Source: an uncultured delta proteobacterium
GTDB lineage: Bacteria > Desulfobacterota > RBG-13-43-22
DNA: 64,000 bases
NCBI GenBank assembly: GCA_963843145.1
Contig: CAWJJC010000005.1
Coordinates: 64,001 to 128,000 of the forward strand
Direction: 5' to 3'
The notes below the pieces were generated by a model. The model was not told the DNA's origin. It worked only from the letters and a program-made list of their open reading frames with translations, and ran no database searches. Below are positions 10,431-19,183 of the stretch, in pieces. Within the stretch, counting starts at the first letter, position 1, and each line of letters starts with the position of its first letter. The translations under genes were made by a program, and so were the position numbers.

Positions 10431-11599
10431 GTTCGGCTCCGGACGAAACGCCGCCCCTTCTGAGCCAGGACTTCCAGATAGATATCCTGCAGCCGAGTGA
10501 GGTGCCGGGCTAAGGTAAATTTACGATCGACGGTCTCCTTTCCCTGGCGACCCATCTGCCTATATTTCCGCGGATCCAGGATAGCCTCCCTCACTCCGGT
10601 CACCAGGCCGGACTCTTCCCCGGGAGGAATCAGCAGCCCGTCGCGGCCGGAACGAATCACCTCCGGGGCTCCCCCTACGGCCGTGGCAATTACGGGTGTG
10701 CCCATGGCCAGGGCCTCCAGAATTGCCAAACTGAACCCCTCCCAGAGAGAGGGCAGGATAAACAGATCCAGGGCGGCCAGAATTTCAGGGATGTTTTTCC
10801 GGGTTCCCACAAATAAGACCTTATCCGACAGCCCCATTTCCAACACCTTGGCTTCCAAGACAGGGCGAAGGGTTCCGTCGCCGACGACCAGGACTTTGAT
10901 CTGCGGGAAATCCGGGATGAGCTGCCTCAAAGCCCTGAACAGATAAATATGCCCCTTCTGCTCTTCCAGGCGAGCGACGACTCCGATCAGAAAATCCTCC
11001 GGCTTTACTCCAAATCGCTGCCGCACCCCTGAATCCTCAAATTCCCCGCTAAAATTTAAGGGATCTATTCCGTTGTACAGTACTTCGATCTTCTCGGGCG
11101 AAATCCGGTCGAACCGGACCACGCTCTCCTTGACCGCCTGGGAAACCGCCAGGATTCGATCGTTTAGATTCGCGAGCACCCGATTAATCAGATGATACTT
11201 GATTCTTCGGCGGGAGTAGACGTTATGGTAATGGGAGATGAGCGCGGGAACCCGGGCTAGACCAGCGGCCAGGCGGCCGTATTTGTTGCCGTCATAGAGA
11301 TGGGTGTGGACCACGTCTACCTTTTCAGTTTTGATCAGCCGGTAAAGGTCCCGGACGATCCGCAGATCAAAGCGATGGCTTTTCATGCGGTGCAGGGCCA
11401 CCACCGGAAATCCCCGGTTTTCGATCCGTTCCCCCACGGGACCTTTCTCCGAAAGGACACAGACGAAAGGAGCAAACCGAGTTTTGTCGAGACCTTCCAC
11501 CTCGGTGATCAAAACTTCCTCGGCCCCGCCCACCGGAAGGGCCGCGAAGACATAAAGCACCTTCACCCGATTATCCGCGGCCTGATTTTCGTCGTTCAT
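10427..11599 (-). CDS. Glycosyltransferase family 4
   Basis: Motifs GGAE, KGHIYL, EGFSLAILEALAMGTP. Confidence 0.92.
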   Translation of the reverse strand: MNDENQAADNRVKVLYVFAALPVGGAEEVLITEVEGLDKTRFAPFVCVLSEKGPVGERIENRGFPVVALHRMKSHRFDLRIVRDLYRLIKTEKVDVVHTHLYDGNKYGRLAAGLARVPALISHYHNVYSRRRIKYHLINRVLANLNDRILAVSQAVKESVVRFDRISPEKIEVLYNGIDPLNFSGEFEDSGVRQRFGVKPEDFLIGVVARLEEQKGHIYLFRALRQLIPDFPQIKVLVVGDGTLRPVLEAKVLEMGLSDKVLFVGTRKNIPEILAALDLFILPSLWEGFSLAILEALAMGTPVIATAVGGAPEVIRSGRDGLLIPPGEESGLVTGVREAILDPRKYRQMGRQGKETVDRKFTLARHLTRLQDIYLEVLAQKGRRFVRSRT

Positions 11600-12323
11600 G
11601 CCAACGGGTCTCCCAGTGATACAGGGCGGTTAGATAGTATTTAAATTTGATCCAGGGAGTCCCGCCGTTCAATTTTACACAGCGCAGGGTCAGCAGGTCC
11701 TCCAGACGGTGGGTGTTGTCGGTATGGACCGTCCGCGCGGTGGTGAACCCCGCCTTCCGGACCCCTTCGATTACTCCCGGGTTGAAAGTCCCAAAGGGGT
11801 AGGCAAAAGACAGGACCGGCCTCTGAAGCAGGTTTTCCAGGTCCTTCTTTCCCCCCTCCAGTTCCTGTCGGGCCTCTTCGGGAGGAATGGCGGTCAAGTC
11901 CGAATGGCGGCGGGTATGGCCGCCCGGTTCAAATCCCTCCTGGATCAAGATCAGGAGCTGTTCTCTGGACATGAGGGGGACCACATCCGCTCCCGTACAT
12001 CCGGCCCACTCACTCCTTTGACCGATATAATCGGAGACCAGGAAGATCGTGGCCTGAAATCCGTTTCTTTTCAGGATGGGAGCTGCCCGGGTGAAATTAT
12101 CCAGGTACCCGTCGTCAAATGAAATGATCACCGGCCGCGAAGGCAGGGGCCGTCCCTTAATAAAATAATCGGCCAACTGCTCGAAAGAGATGCTTTGATA
12201 GGTATTTTCTCGAAGGTACTCCATTTGGGCGGCGAAGGCCTGCGGGGAGACCCCCTTGGCCGGGGGAAGATGATCCTCTACGCGGTGATAATACAGGATC
12301 GGAACCCGTACGGCCGCCTTCAC
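11571..12323 (-). CDS. Polysaccharide deacetylase (NodB/CE4)
   Basis: Motifs ILYYH, SFDDGY, HTRRH, FAYPFG. Confidence 0.9.
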   Translation of the reverse strand: MKAAVRVPILYYHRVEDHLPPAKGVSPQAFAAQMEYLRENTYQSISFEQLADYFIKGRPLPSRPVIISFDDGYLDNFTRAAPILKRNGFQATIFLVSDYIGQRSEWAGCTGADVVPLMSREQLLILIQEGFEPGGHTRRHSDLTAIPPEEARQELEGGKKDLENLLQRPVLSFAYPFGTFNPGVIEGVRKAGFTTARTVHTDNTHRLEDLLTLRCVKLNGGTPWIKFKYYLTALYHWETRWHERRKSGRG

Positions 12324-13162
12324 AAAATCCCCCGAACCCGGCTGTACAGTTGACCAATCCGGCGGTGGGAATATATTTTAGCCCGCTGGGAAAACCATTT
12401 CCGCTCCCCGGAGGCCGCCACCACCCGTTTGATGGTCCATTCGTCCGAACCGGGGAAGTTCACCCCTTTCTCGGTCGTCGCCAGGGCCTCAAAGCCCAAT
12501 CTCTTCGCCAGTTCAACGGCCTGGAAATCATACTTTCCCCAAGGCCAGGAGAGAAAGCGGCAGGGCTTATGGAGAAGGGCCTCGATCAGCTTTTTCGATT
12601 TTTCCAGATCCGGGCCCAGGGAATCCTTTTTCAAGGGATCGAGCCGCAGGCTCTGGTTGTTCCCCAAAAAATAATCCTGGTGGAGATGGGTATGGGATTG
12701 GATATCGATCAGCCCCGATTCCTCCATCCTTCGCGCCTCTTCCCAGCGCAGCCCTCCCTCATAATCACCGGCAGCGGCCATTTCCTTGGCCTCCCGGTGG
12801 CTGGGGATCCGGGGCAAATCCTGTTCCTGCCTTCCATCGGGATCCCATTGCGCTCGCGGGGCGCCTTCGCTCATCCAGGAAGTAACCACAAAAATGGTGG
12901 CCTTCACTCCGTATTTCTTCAGCAGGGGGAAAGCGTAAACCCAGTTGTCCAGATGGCCGTCATCAAAAGTCAGGGCTACCGCAGGCCGAGCAATAGGCTT
13001 CCCTCCCCGAAGATATTTCAGGAGGTCATCCAAAAAAATCGTTTGCAGCCCCTTTTCCGAAATAAAACGAAGATGGTTCTCGAAGCCTTCCGGGGTAAGC
13101 GTTACCAGATCGTCCGCGTAGCGGTTAATATGGTGGTACATGAAAACCGGGACGGATCTCAT
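12320..13162 (-). CDS. Polysaccharide deacetylase (NodB/CE4)
   Basis: Motifs FMYHH, TFDDG, QSHTHLH, WPWG. Confidence 0.9.
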   Translation of the reverse strand: MRSVPVFMYHHINRYADDLVTLTPEGFENHLRFISEKGLQTIFLDDLLKYLRGGKPIARPAVALTFDDGHLDNWVYAFPLLKKYGVKATIFVVTSWMSEGAPRAQWDPDGRQEQDLPRIPSHREAKEMAAAGDYEGGLRWEEARRMEESGLIDIQSHTHLHQDYFLGNNQSLRLDPLKKDSLGPDLEKSKKLIEALLHKPCRFLSWPWGKYDFQAVELAKRLGFEALATTEKGVNFPGSDEWTIKRVVAASGERKWFSQRAKIYSHRRIGQLYSRVRGIL

Positions 13163-14310
13163 GATGAGTCCTTCCCGGAGGAGAGAGATGTCATCTTGTT
13201 TAAATTATTTTTTTCAATAACTTGCCCGTAAAGTTTCAACAATTCCTCTATATGTTTCTCCCAGGTATGCCGGGCCAGAATCCGCCGGTGAATCGGATCG
13301 AGATCCTCTCGTTTCAGCCTCAAAGCTCGAATAACCGCCGGCGCCAAATCCTTCAAGTCTGCCGGATCCCGAACCACCACCCCATTTTCCCCGGACAGGA
13401 GGGCTTCTGAGGCCCCGTTCATTTCGGTGGTGACCACCGGCAACCCCCGGGACATCGCTTCCAGACAGGCATTGCTGAAGGGTTCGTAGAGGCTCGGCAG
13501 TACAAACACATCCGCTCCTTGATAGTATGGACCGGGGTCCTTTACCGGTCCGATAAAAGAAATCTGACGGCCAACCCCCAGGTGGGCGGCCAGGCGGGCG
13601 GCCTTCCCCTGATTCCCCTCCCCGACCACGATCAGCCGGGCCTCGACTTCCTTGAGAATGGCGGGTAGGGCCCTGATGAGAAAATGAAGCCCCTTGCGCC
13701 GGAATCCCGAACCGACAAAAAGGAGGATTTTCTCTTCGCCAGCCCGACGACCCGTCACTGCCGGGACGGCCGGTTCGGGAGATATCTCCACGGCATTGTA
13801 AATGACCTTGATTTTCTCCGGCGCCGTCCGGTAATGAGTCAGGATCTCCTGTCTACCCCTCTGAGAATTGGCGATAAAAAATCGAGTGTCACTCCGTTCA
13901 AAAAGCCTTCTTTCCAGGGCCAAAGTCAGCCAGTGGAAGGGGTTGATGGCCGCCCCTATTCTTTCAGGAAAGGATTCGTATTTCGCCCGTTGCTCCAGCC
14001 ACTCCCGATGGCAGCCTTCCCCGGCCCGATAGATGTCCTGACAGGCGGTTTTTTCAAAACTCTGAACCACATCAAAGGCTTTCCGATCCACGGCCTTTTC
14101 CACTTTCCGGTTAAAAAGGAACAGCTTACTCAGTCCGGGCCCGCGATAAAGGGGAAGGGGATGGAGAACCAATCCCGGTCTCTGGGGCCATCCCGCGCTA
14201 AAGAGGTGGACTTCATGGCCGAGATTCAGCAATCTTTGAGCCAGCCGGTCCACATACTTCTCAGCCCCGCCGTGGGGCGAATAGCGGCGCCGAATCAAAG
14301 CGATCTTCAT
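13159..14310 (-). CDS. Glycosyltransferase family 4 (WaaG/RfaG-like)
   Basis: Motifs GGAEKY, FVGSGFRRKGL, EPFSNACLEAM. Confidence 0.9.
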   Translation of the reverse strand: MKIALIRRRYSPHGGAEKYVDRLAQRLLNLGHEVHLFSAGWPQRPGLVLHPLPLYRGPGLSKLFLFNRKVEKAVDRKAFDVVQSFEKTACQDIYRAGEGCHREWLEQRAKYESFPERIGAAINPFHWLTLALERRLFERSDTRFFIANSQRGRQEILTHYRTAPEKIKVIYNAVEISPEPAVPAVTGRRAGEEKILLFVGSGFRRKGLHFLIRALPAILKEVEARLIVVGEGNQGKAARLAAHLGVGRQISFIGPVKDPGPYYQGADVFVLPSLYEPFSNACLEAMSRGLPVVTTEMNGASEALLSGENGVVVRDPADLKDLAPAVIRALRLKREDLDPIHRRILARHTWEKHIEELLKLYGQVIEKNNLNKMTSLSSGKDSS

Positions 14311-14466
14311 AATAAACCCCCAGGCCCAGCGGGGCACCCGCAAAGCATGAAAATATTTAGACAGGATCTACAGGATGGACAAGATTTGCATACGAATGCT
14401 TTTCTCCGAACCTTAAACCGTGTGCCCTGTGCCTTGCGCCCTGAGCCTTATACCCTATTTTCGTAT

Positions 14467-15510
14467 TTATCTGCTTAGCAGGGATTCAATTCCGGAGATC
14501 GCCTCTTCGGCAGTGATTTCCTCCAGACAGCGGCTGACCTTGCTGCCCTCACAGCCGTCCCGGCCGCAGGGCCGGCAGGGCCAATTCTTTTTGATGACCC
14601 GGTGTCCTTTCCCCCAGGGTCCCCACATGACATCCCCGGACGGTCCGAAGAGGGCCAGGACCGGCGTTTTCACGGCCGCGGCCATATGCATAGGGGCGCT
14701 GTCCACTCCGAAAAAGAGCCGGGCTCCGTCGATCAAACACCCCAGTTGTTTCAACGTTAACCGGCCGGACAGATCCAGAGGGTGCGTCCGGCACTGGGAG
14801 AGGATGGCTTGAACGGCCGCTTGTTCCTTGTCCTCCGGCCCCCCGGTGACCATGACCTTGAGGCCGCAGACCTCCTGAAGGTGATCGATGACCCGGGCAT
14901 ACCCGTCCAAACGCCAAGTCTTGAACATCCAGCGGGAGGTGGGGTGAACCACCACATAAGGATTTTCGTTGTTCCCTCCCTGCCGGGACAAGGCGGTTTT
15001 CAGACCGGCTTCATCCTCCGGGGACCAGGCAAATTGTAACTTTTTTTTATTCGGCCTGATGCCGAGAAGACGCAGCATCTCCAGATGGGATTCGACAATG
15101 GGTTTGTTGGGTTCAGGTTGCGGCCAGGTCTGGGTATACGCCAACCTCCACCACCATTGTTTCCCTCTTCTGGGGGTAAACCCTAATCGCTTAGGCGCCC
15201 CCGACAGTAAGGAGAGGATCGCCCCCCGGTCTCCAATAGTAAAATCTATTGAAATATCAAAATGTTTATTACGAAGAGCTTTAATAAACTTTAACTGAGA
15301 GGGCAGCTCTTTTCTAAAGTTAGGGTCCTGTGCCCGGGGAAGGGTAATGACCTCGGCCAGGTCCGGATGACCCCGGACCATATCCTCAGTTCCCGGATTA
15401 ACCACCATAGTGATCTTAGCCTGGGGATAGGCCTCCCTTAAAGCCGACAAAACCGGAGTAGTGATGAGTACATCACCTAAGTGTCTTAATTTAATTATTA
15501 AGATATTCAT
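14467..15510 (-). CDS. rfaQ: LPS heptosyltransferase III-like (GT9)
   Basis: Motifs IKLRHLGDVL, HPTSRWMFK, GVDSAPMHMAAA, LFGPS. Confidence 0.85.
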   Translation of the reverse strand: MNILIIKLRHLGDVLITTPVLSALREAYPQAKITMVVNPGTEDMVRGHPDLAEVITLPRAQDPNFRKELPSQLKFIKALRNKHFDISIDFTIGDRGAILSLLSGAPKRLGFTPRRGKQWWWRLAYTQTWPQPEPNKPIVESHLEMLRLLGIRPNKKKLQFAWSPEDEAGLKTALSRQGGNNENPYVVVHPTSRWMFKTWRLDGYARVIDHLQEVCGLKVMVTGGPEDKEQAAVQAILSQCRTHPLDLSGRLTLKQLGCLIDGARLFFGVDSAPMHMAAAVKTPVLALFGPSGDVMWGPWGKGHRVIKKNWPCRPCGRDGCEGSKVSRCLEEITAEEAISGIESLLSR

Positions 15511-15520
15511 CTTACATATT

Positions 15521-15946
15521 TCACTTTATAGCGGGAGATGCCTCAAAACCGGCGATTATAAAATGTTGATCAAAAGTAAACGCTTGGGATATACTTTTTT
15601 TTTTCATGAGGGCGAAGCTTACGGCATCCGTATAACTGAAATCCTGATCTTTATACCGGCGGATGATCTCTTGCGCGTTTTCTTCCAACTCTTGGTCCGA
15701 AAAAATCTTCATTACTCGGAGACTGGCCGCCAAGTTATTTAAAAAACTGACTCCGGCCGCCTGTCCCAGACCCCTCCGAATTAGGGTATAGGTTTCGGCG
15801 ATGATCAGGTTGGTGGTGACCAACTGCTGAAAGGTCTTAAAGATTTGCCGATAATATTCGACTGCTTGCCGGTGATGCCGGTCGGATCGGTCAGCCAGGG
15901 CATACCAGGCGCCGGAATCTACCAAAAGGGCCTTCCCCCCCGTCAT
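15521..15946 (-). CDS. vapC: PIN-domain toxin (VapC family)
   Basis: PIN acidic residues in LVDSGAW, AET, SYTDAVS, FTFDQHF. Confidence 0.9.
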   Translation of the reverse strand: MTGGKALLVDSGAWYALADRSDRHHRQAVEYYRQIFKTFQQLVTTNLIIAETYTLIRRGLGQAAGVSFLNNLAASLRVMKIFSDQELEENAQEIIRRYKDQDFSYTDAVSFALMKKKSISQAFTFDQHFIIAGFEASPAIK

Positions 15947-16200
15947 GGCTTATCGACACCCGCGTAATCCGCCAGGTATTCATCATGCTTTTCGGATATA
16001 TCTTTTTTCCCGGACGCCCCCAAGTTGATGATTTTAAAAGCGGGATCTTCCTCCAAAGGGATACTTTCCATATACCTGCTAATACAGAGGCGAATAATGG
16101 CCGCTTTCGATTTTTTATTCCTGAGGGAAAGCAGATCGATCATTTTTTCCTGTTCGGGCTCCAGGTAAATTTGAAACGGTACTTTTCTCCTGCTTTTCAT
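15943..16200 (-). CDS. Cognate antitoxin (RHH/CopG-like)
   Basis: Motifs FQIYL and SKAAIIR (RHH pattern); C-terminal DISEKHDEYL; overlaps the toxin start by 4 bp; GAGG RBS before ATG 16200. Confidence 0.82.
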   Translation of the reverse strand: MKSRRKVPFQIYLEPEQEKMIDLLSLRNKKSKAAIIRLCISRYMESIPLEEDPAFKIINLGASGKKDISEKHDEYLADYAGVDKP

Positions 16201-16231
16201 TAGTGGTAACCTCAAAAAAGTGATTTATAAA

Positions 16232-16260
16232 AATATACTATATAAAAATGTAATTGTCAA
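16232..16260 (-). promoter_or_regulatory. Sigma70 promoter of the toxin-antitoxin operon
   Basis: TTGACA-N17-TATATT. Confidence 0.75.
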
Positions 16261-16994
16261 CTCCGCAGTTTTTTTAGCTTGGAATACTTAATAAAAGTGT
16301 ACTGACTGTATAGAGCTGCTAATATCAGCCCGTTGGCCCCATCCAGGAAGCCCCTTTTCAGAACCCACATCTGAATAAAGGTGAACCAGGATCGGAAAAG
16401 AATTTCCGGCCAGGATACCTGCCTGCCCTCCTTCAGATATTGACGGGCGGACAACTCCGAATAGCGGTCCATTCTTTGGATATAATCCGAGATAGAATGG
16501 TAGGTATAATGTTCTAAGGGTGAGGTTAAGGTCTCCACCGGTCCTTTGACCTCCACCTGTTCATGGACCTCCCGGGAAGCGAATTTCCCGGCATCCTTTC
16601 TATAGAGCCGCAACTGGTAGTTGGGATACCACCCGCCGTACCGGATCCATTGCCCGCAAAAATAATTTTTCCGCGGCATCCGAAAACCGGCAACTGGAGG
16701 ATCCTGCTGAAGGATCTTTTTGATTTCCAGACGCGCTGCTTCCGTTACCCGTTCATCGGCATCGATATTCAAGATCCAGGAACCCTTGGCCTTTTCCTGA
16801 GCGCTATTTTTTTGCCCGACAAAACCCTTCCAGGGTTCCTGAAAAACCTGAGCTTTGAATTCTCTCGCAATGCTCTGGGTCAAATCCCGGCTGCCCGAAT
16901 CCACCACAATGATTTCATCGGCGAACCGCACGCTTTCCAGGCAATCCCGGAGGTTTCGCTCCTCGTTTAAGGTAATAATAGTTACGGAAAGCAT
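16257..16994 (-). CDS. Glycosyltransferase family 2 (WaaE/KdtX/LgtF-like LPS core glucosyltransferase)
   Basis: Motifs IITLNEE, VDSGSRD, IDADERV, WYPNYQLRL, VHE. Confidence 0.9.
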   Translation of the reverse strand: MLSVTIITLNEERNLRDCLESVRFADEIIVVDSGSRDLTQSIAREFKAQVFQEPWKGFVGQKNSAQEKAKGSWILNIDADERVTEAARLEIKKILQQDPPVAGFRMPRKNYFCGQWIRYGGWYPNYQLRLYRKDAGKFASREVHEQVEVKGPVETLTSPLEHYTYHSISDYIQRMDRYSELSARQYLKEGRQVSWPEILFRSWFTFIQMWVLKRGFLDGANGLILAALYSQYTFIKYSKLKKLRS

Positions 16995-17212
16995 AGGTCC
17001 ATATTAGAAAAAATTATATAAATAATCAATGCTTATATCTTCAGAGCTCGATGATTTCGCTTCCAGACGGGAAACCCTTCCCTACCTCCGGCTCCTTTCC
17101 GGCCCAAATGATAATGGATGGACTTGCGTGGGTGCATGACGCCCGGCGGGGATGGGGTGCCGTCTTGAGTTGTTGGAGATTACCAGGACTGGTCTGGTCG
17201 GACTACGTTTAA

Positions 17213-17245
17213 GCTTCATTCTGCAGCGGAGTTGCAGAATGAAGC
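17213..17245. repeat. 13-bp perfect hairpin (REP-like or terminator)
   Basis: GCTTCATTCTGCA-N7-TGCAGAATGAAGC. Confidence 0.6.
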
Positions 17246-17396
17246 CTGAAGAACTAAGCCGCGGCGCAATCTATGGGGAATGAATCCAAGCGGGTTTATT
17301 TTATCAACTGCAGGGGATATGGTTTAGAAGGCAGAAAACCATTTCCGGATCGGATAGGAGCCAGGGAGGGGAAATTATCGATTGGGGGTTTTCTAA

Positions 17397-17710
17397 TTAT
17401 CGGTGAAATCTAAACGGGCGTGTCGTCGCATAGAACATTCCTATCCTGTTTTCCGCCTCCATCTTTTTAACCACCATGGCCACTCCGGTGGTCCCGATAA
17501 CAACCTGCCGGGCGATCTCCGCCAGAGGAATCCCCAGTTCCCTTGATAAATAAACTCAGAGGCTTCGGCGGAGTTCCGATACGGTCCGGCGGCGGCTCCC
17601 GGATCTCAATTCCCGTTCGTTGACCCCGGCTTCCCGGCACCGTTCTCTAATGATTCGAGCTAAAGGCCCTGTTTGCTTCCGGGCCCGAATTTGCCGGGCC
17701 AACTTTGAGG
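17397..17710 (-). pseudogene. C-terminal HTH remnant of a RAYT/IS200-like Y1 transposase, frameshifted
   Basis: GVNERELRSGSRRRTVSELR followed in another frame by YLSRELGIPLAEIARQV. Confidence 0.55.
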
Positions 17711-17711
17711 A

Positions 17712-17885
17712 GGGCTGGAAGAGGTAGTGACGACCCGAAGACTTTTCTGTCAACTGACGGTCAAAAAATGGAGATATTCGGGGGCGGAAGTAGCGCGCTA
17801 TTTAGGATCAACGACGCCATCCGTTACCCGGTTGGCAAACTCTCCGGAAATGCCTGGCCTCGACCGCTCTAATTATGCAATTTAG
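17712..17885 (+). pseudogene. Second C-terminal remnant of a RAYT/IS200-like transposase, opposite orientation
   Basis: Translates as RRLFCQLTVKKWRYSGAEVARYLGSTTPSVTRLA, the same HTH tail type. Confidence 0.5.
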
Positions 17886-18055
17886 AACCAACGTATTATG
17901 GTAAGTCCCGTCAATCTCGAGCGATCGTTCCGGAACATCTTTGCCATAACGCTGCTTCCGGCTTGGAGAAATTATAATCGCTGAAAATAGCCTTAGCGTG
18001 TCAGGCAGCCGAAGTGCGTTCTCCTACCTGCTGCTGCCGGCCGTGCAATCACCTA

Positions 18056-18680
18056 TCAAACAAGCACCGGGCCTGCCGAGCAAGTCGTCCCTGTAGCAGC
18101 AAGACCGGCCGTGCAATCATTTTGCGCGCAATCACCTTGCGTGCAATCTCGACTTGCCGTAGGACCCGCAACGCAATCCCGAGTTACGTCCGAACCCGCA
18201 CTGCAATCAAGGAATGTGCCTGTTGGAGCGCCACCACAAGTGCAACGTCCTCCGCCGCCGGTCCCTGTTCCCAGTTCCCGGTCCCGGTCCCTGTCCCAGT
18301 CCCGGTCCCAGTTCCCGTCCCGGTCCCAGTCCCGGTCCCTGTCCCGGTCCCGGTCCCAGTTCCCTGTCCCGGTCCCTGTCCCAGTCCCGGTCCCAGTCGT
18401 CCCAGTCCCGGTCCCAGTTCCCGTTCCTGTCCCGGTCCCGGTCCCAGTTCCCGTTCCTGTCCCTGTCCCGGTCCCAGTTCCCGTTCCTGTCCCTGTCCCA
18501 GTCCCTGTCCCGGTTCCCGTTCCCGTCCCGGTTCCCGTTCCCGTTCCCGGTCCCGGTCCCAGTCCCGGTCCCAGTTCCCGTTACTCCACTTCCAGCTTGA
18601 CATGCTCCGCTCCCTCTGGCCGTCTCACCCAGGAAGACCACGGTCGGAGATTCGTACTTGTTCTCACTTTTCTTTTCCAT
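18056..18680 (-). CDS. RiPP precursor copy 1 (leader + ~54 Thr-Gly + Cys-rich core); net +1 frameshift inside the repeat as sequenced
   Basis: Leader identical to copy 2; core identical except PVLV vs PSLV; GGAGGT RBS; 625 nt from ATG to TGA. Confidence 0.8.
18257..18581 (-). repeat. Hexanucleotide tandem repeat ACN-GGR (Thr-Gly), about 54 units
   Basis: Mainly ACC/ACT/ACA-GGG and ACG-GGA units; four 7-nt units and one 3-nt unit. Confidence 0.95.
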
Positions 18681-19183
18681 AACTTACCTCCGTGGAAGCT
18701 GCTTTGGATTGTATCGTGAAGTTCTTGCTTGATTCAGGATTCCGCACTCGTTTACCACTTCGGTGACAATTATTGCCCGTTATTTTTTCTCCGTTTCCGT
18801 TCTTTAGGAACGAGTGATGGGTATATTGTTTTTCACTCAAATTGTAGATCAGATATTGGCTTGGGGTTTCAGTGATCAAGAGAATCTCATGAGCAGCCTG
18901 CCGCTGATTGAGAAAATCCACGATCATCTTGTGAGCCCGATACCACTCCATGCTTTTTGGAAAAAGGTTTTCTTGTCCCAGGGGCTCATAATAGATAAAG
19001 GTTAGAATGGTAAATAGTAACTTTGCAGACCCTGCGGCAGCGAATCCGGGAAATCGACCCGGCCGAAGCGGCTAACCGGTGCAGCGCCGCTTACCACCAG
19101 GGAGCATTGCCCCCCTATGGATTATTAGGTCAATAGTTGCCCGTGGAAATCCAGGCGAGTAAAGCTATCACCATTTTTAGAGT

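Larger units (their letters stand above)
17905..19021. repeat. Direct repeat copy 1: precursor gene with UTRs plus fragments of the membrane-protein gene; matches 26552-27857 with two internal deletions
   Basis: Aligns from AGTCCCGTCAATCTCGAGCGATCG at both sites; 18838-19021 is identical to 27674-27857. Confidence 0.95.

Noticed and set aside
18257-18581. Possible CRISPR array or telomere-like repeat
   Set aside because: Contiguous 6-nt units with no spacers, no cas genes nearby, and located within a coding frame.
18014-18719. Plus-strand ORFs encoding poly(Val-Pro) or Ser-Arg/Pro-Gly repeats (also 26662-27360)
   Set aside because: Antisense shadows of the stop-free hexamer repeat. Only the minus-strand Thr-Gly frame has an RBS, a leader motif and operon orientation.
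18664-18951. 95-aa ORF upstream of precursor copy 1
   Set aside because: A chimera of two duplicated fragments of the membrane-protein gene running into the precursor UTR, not an independent gene.
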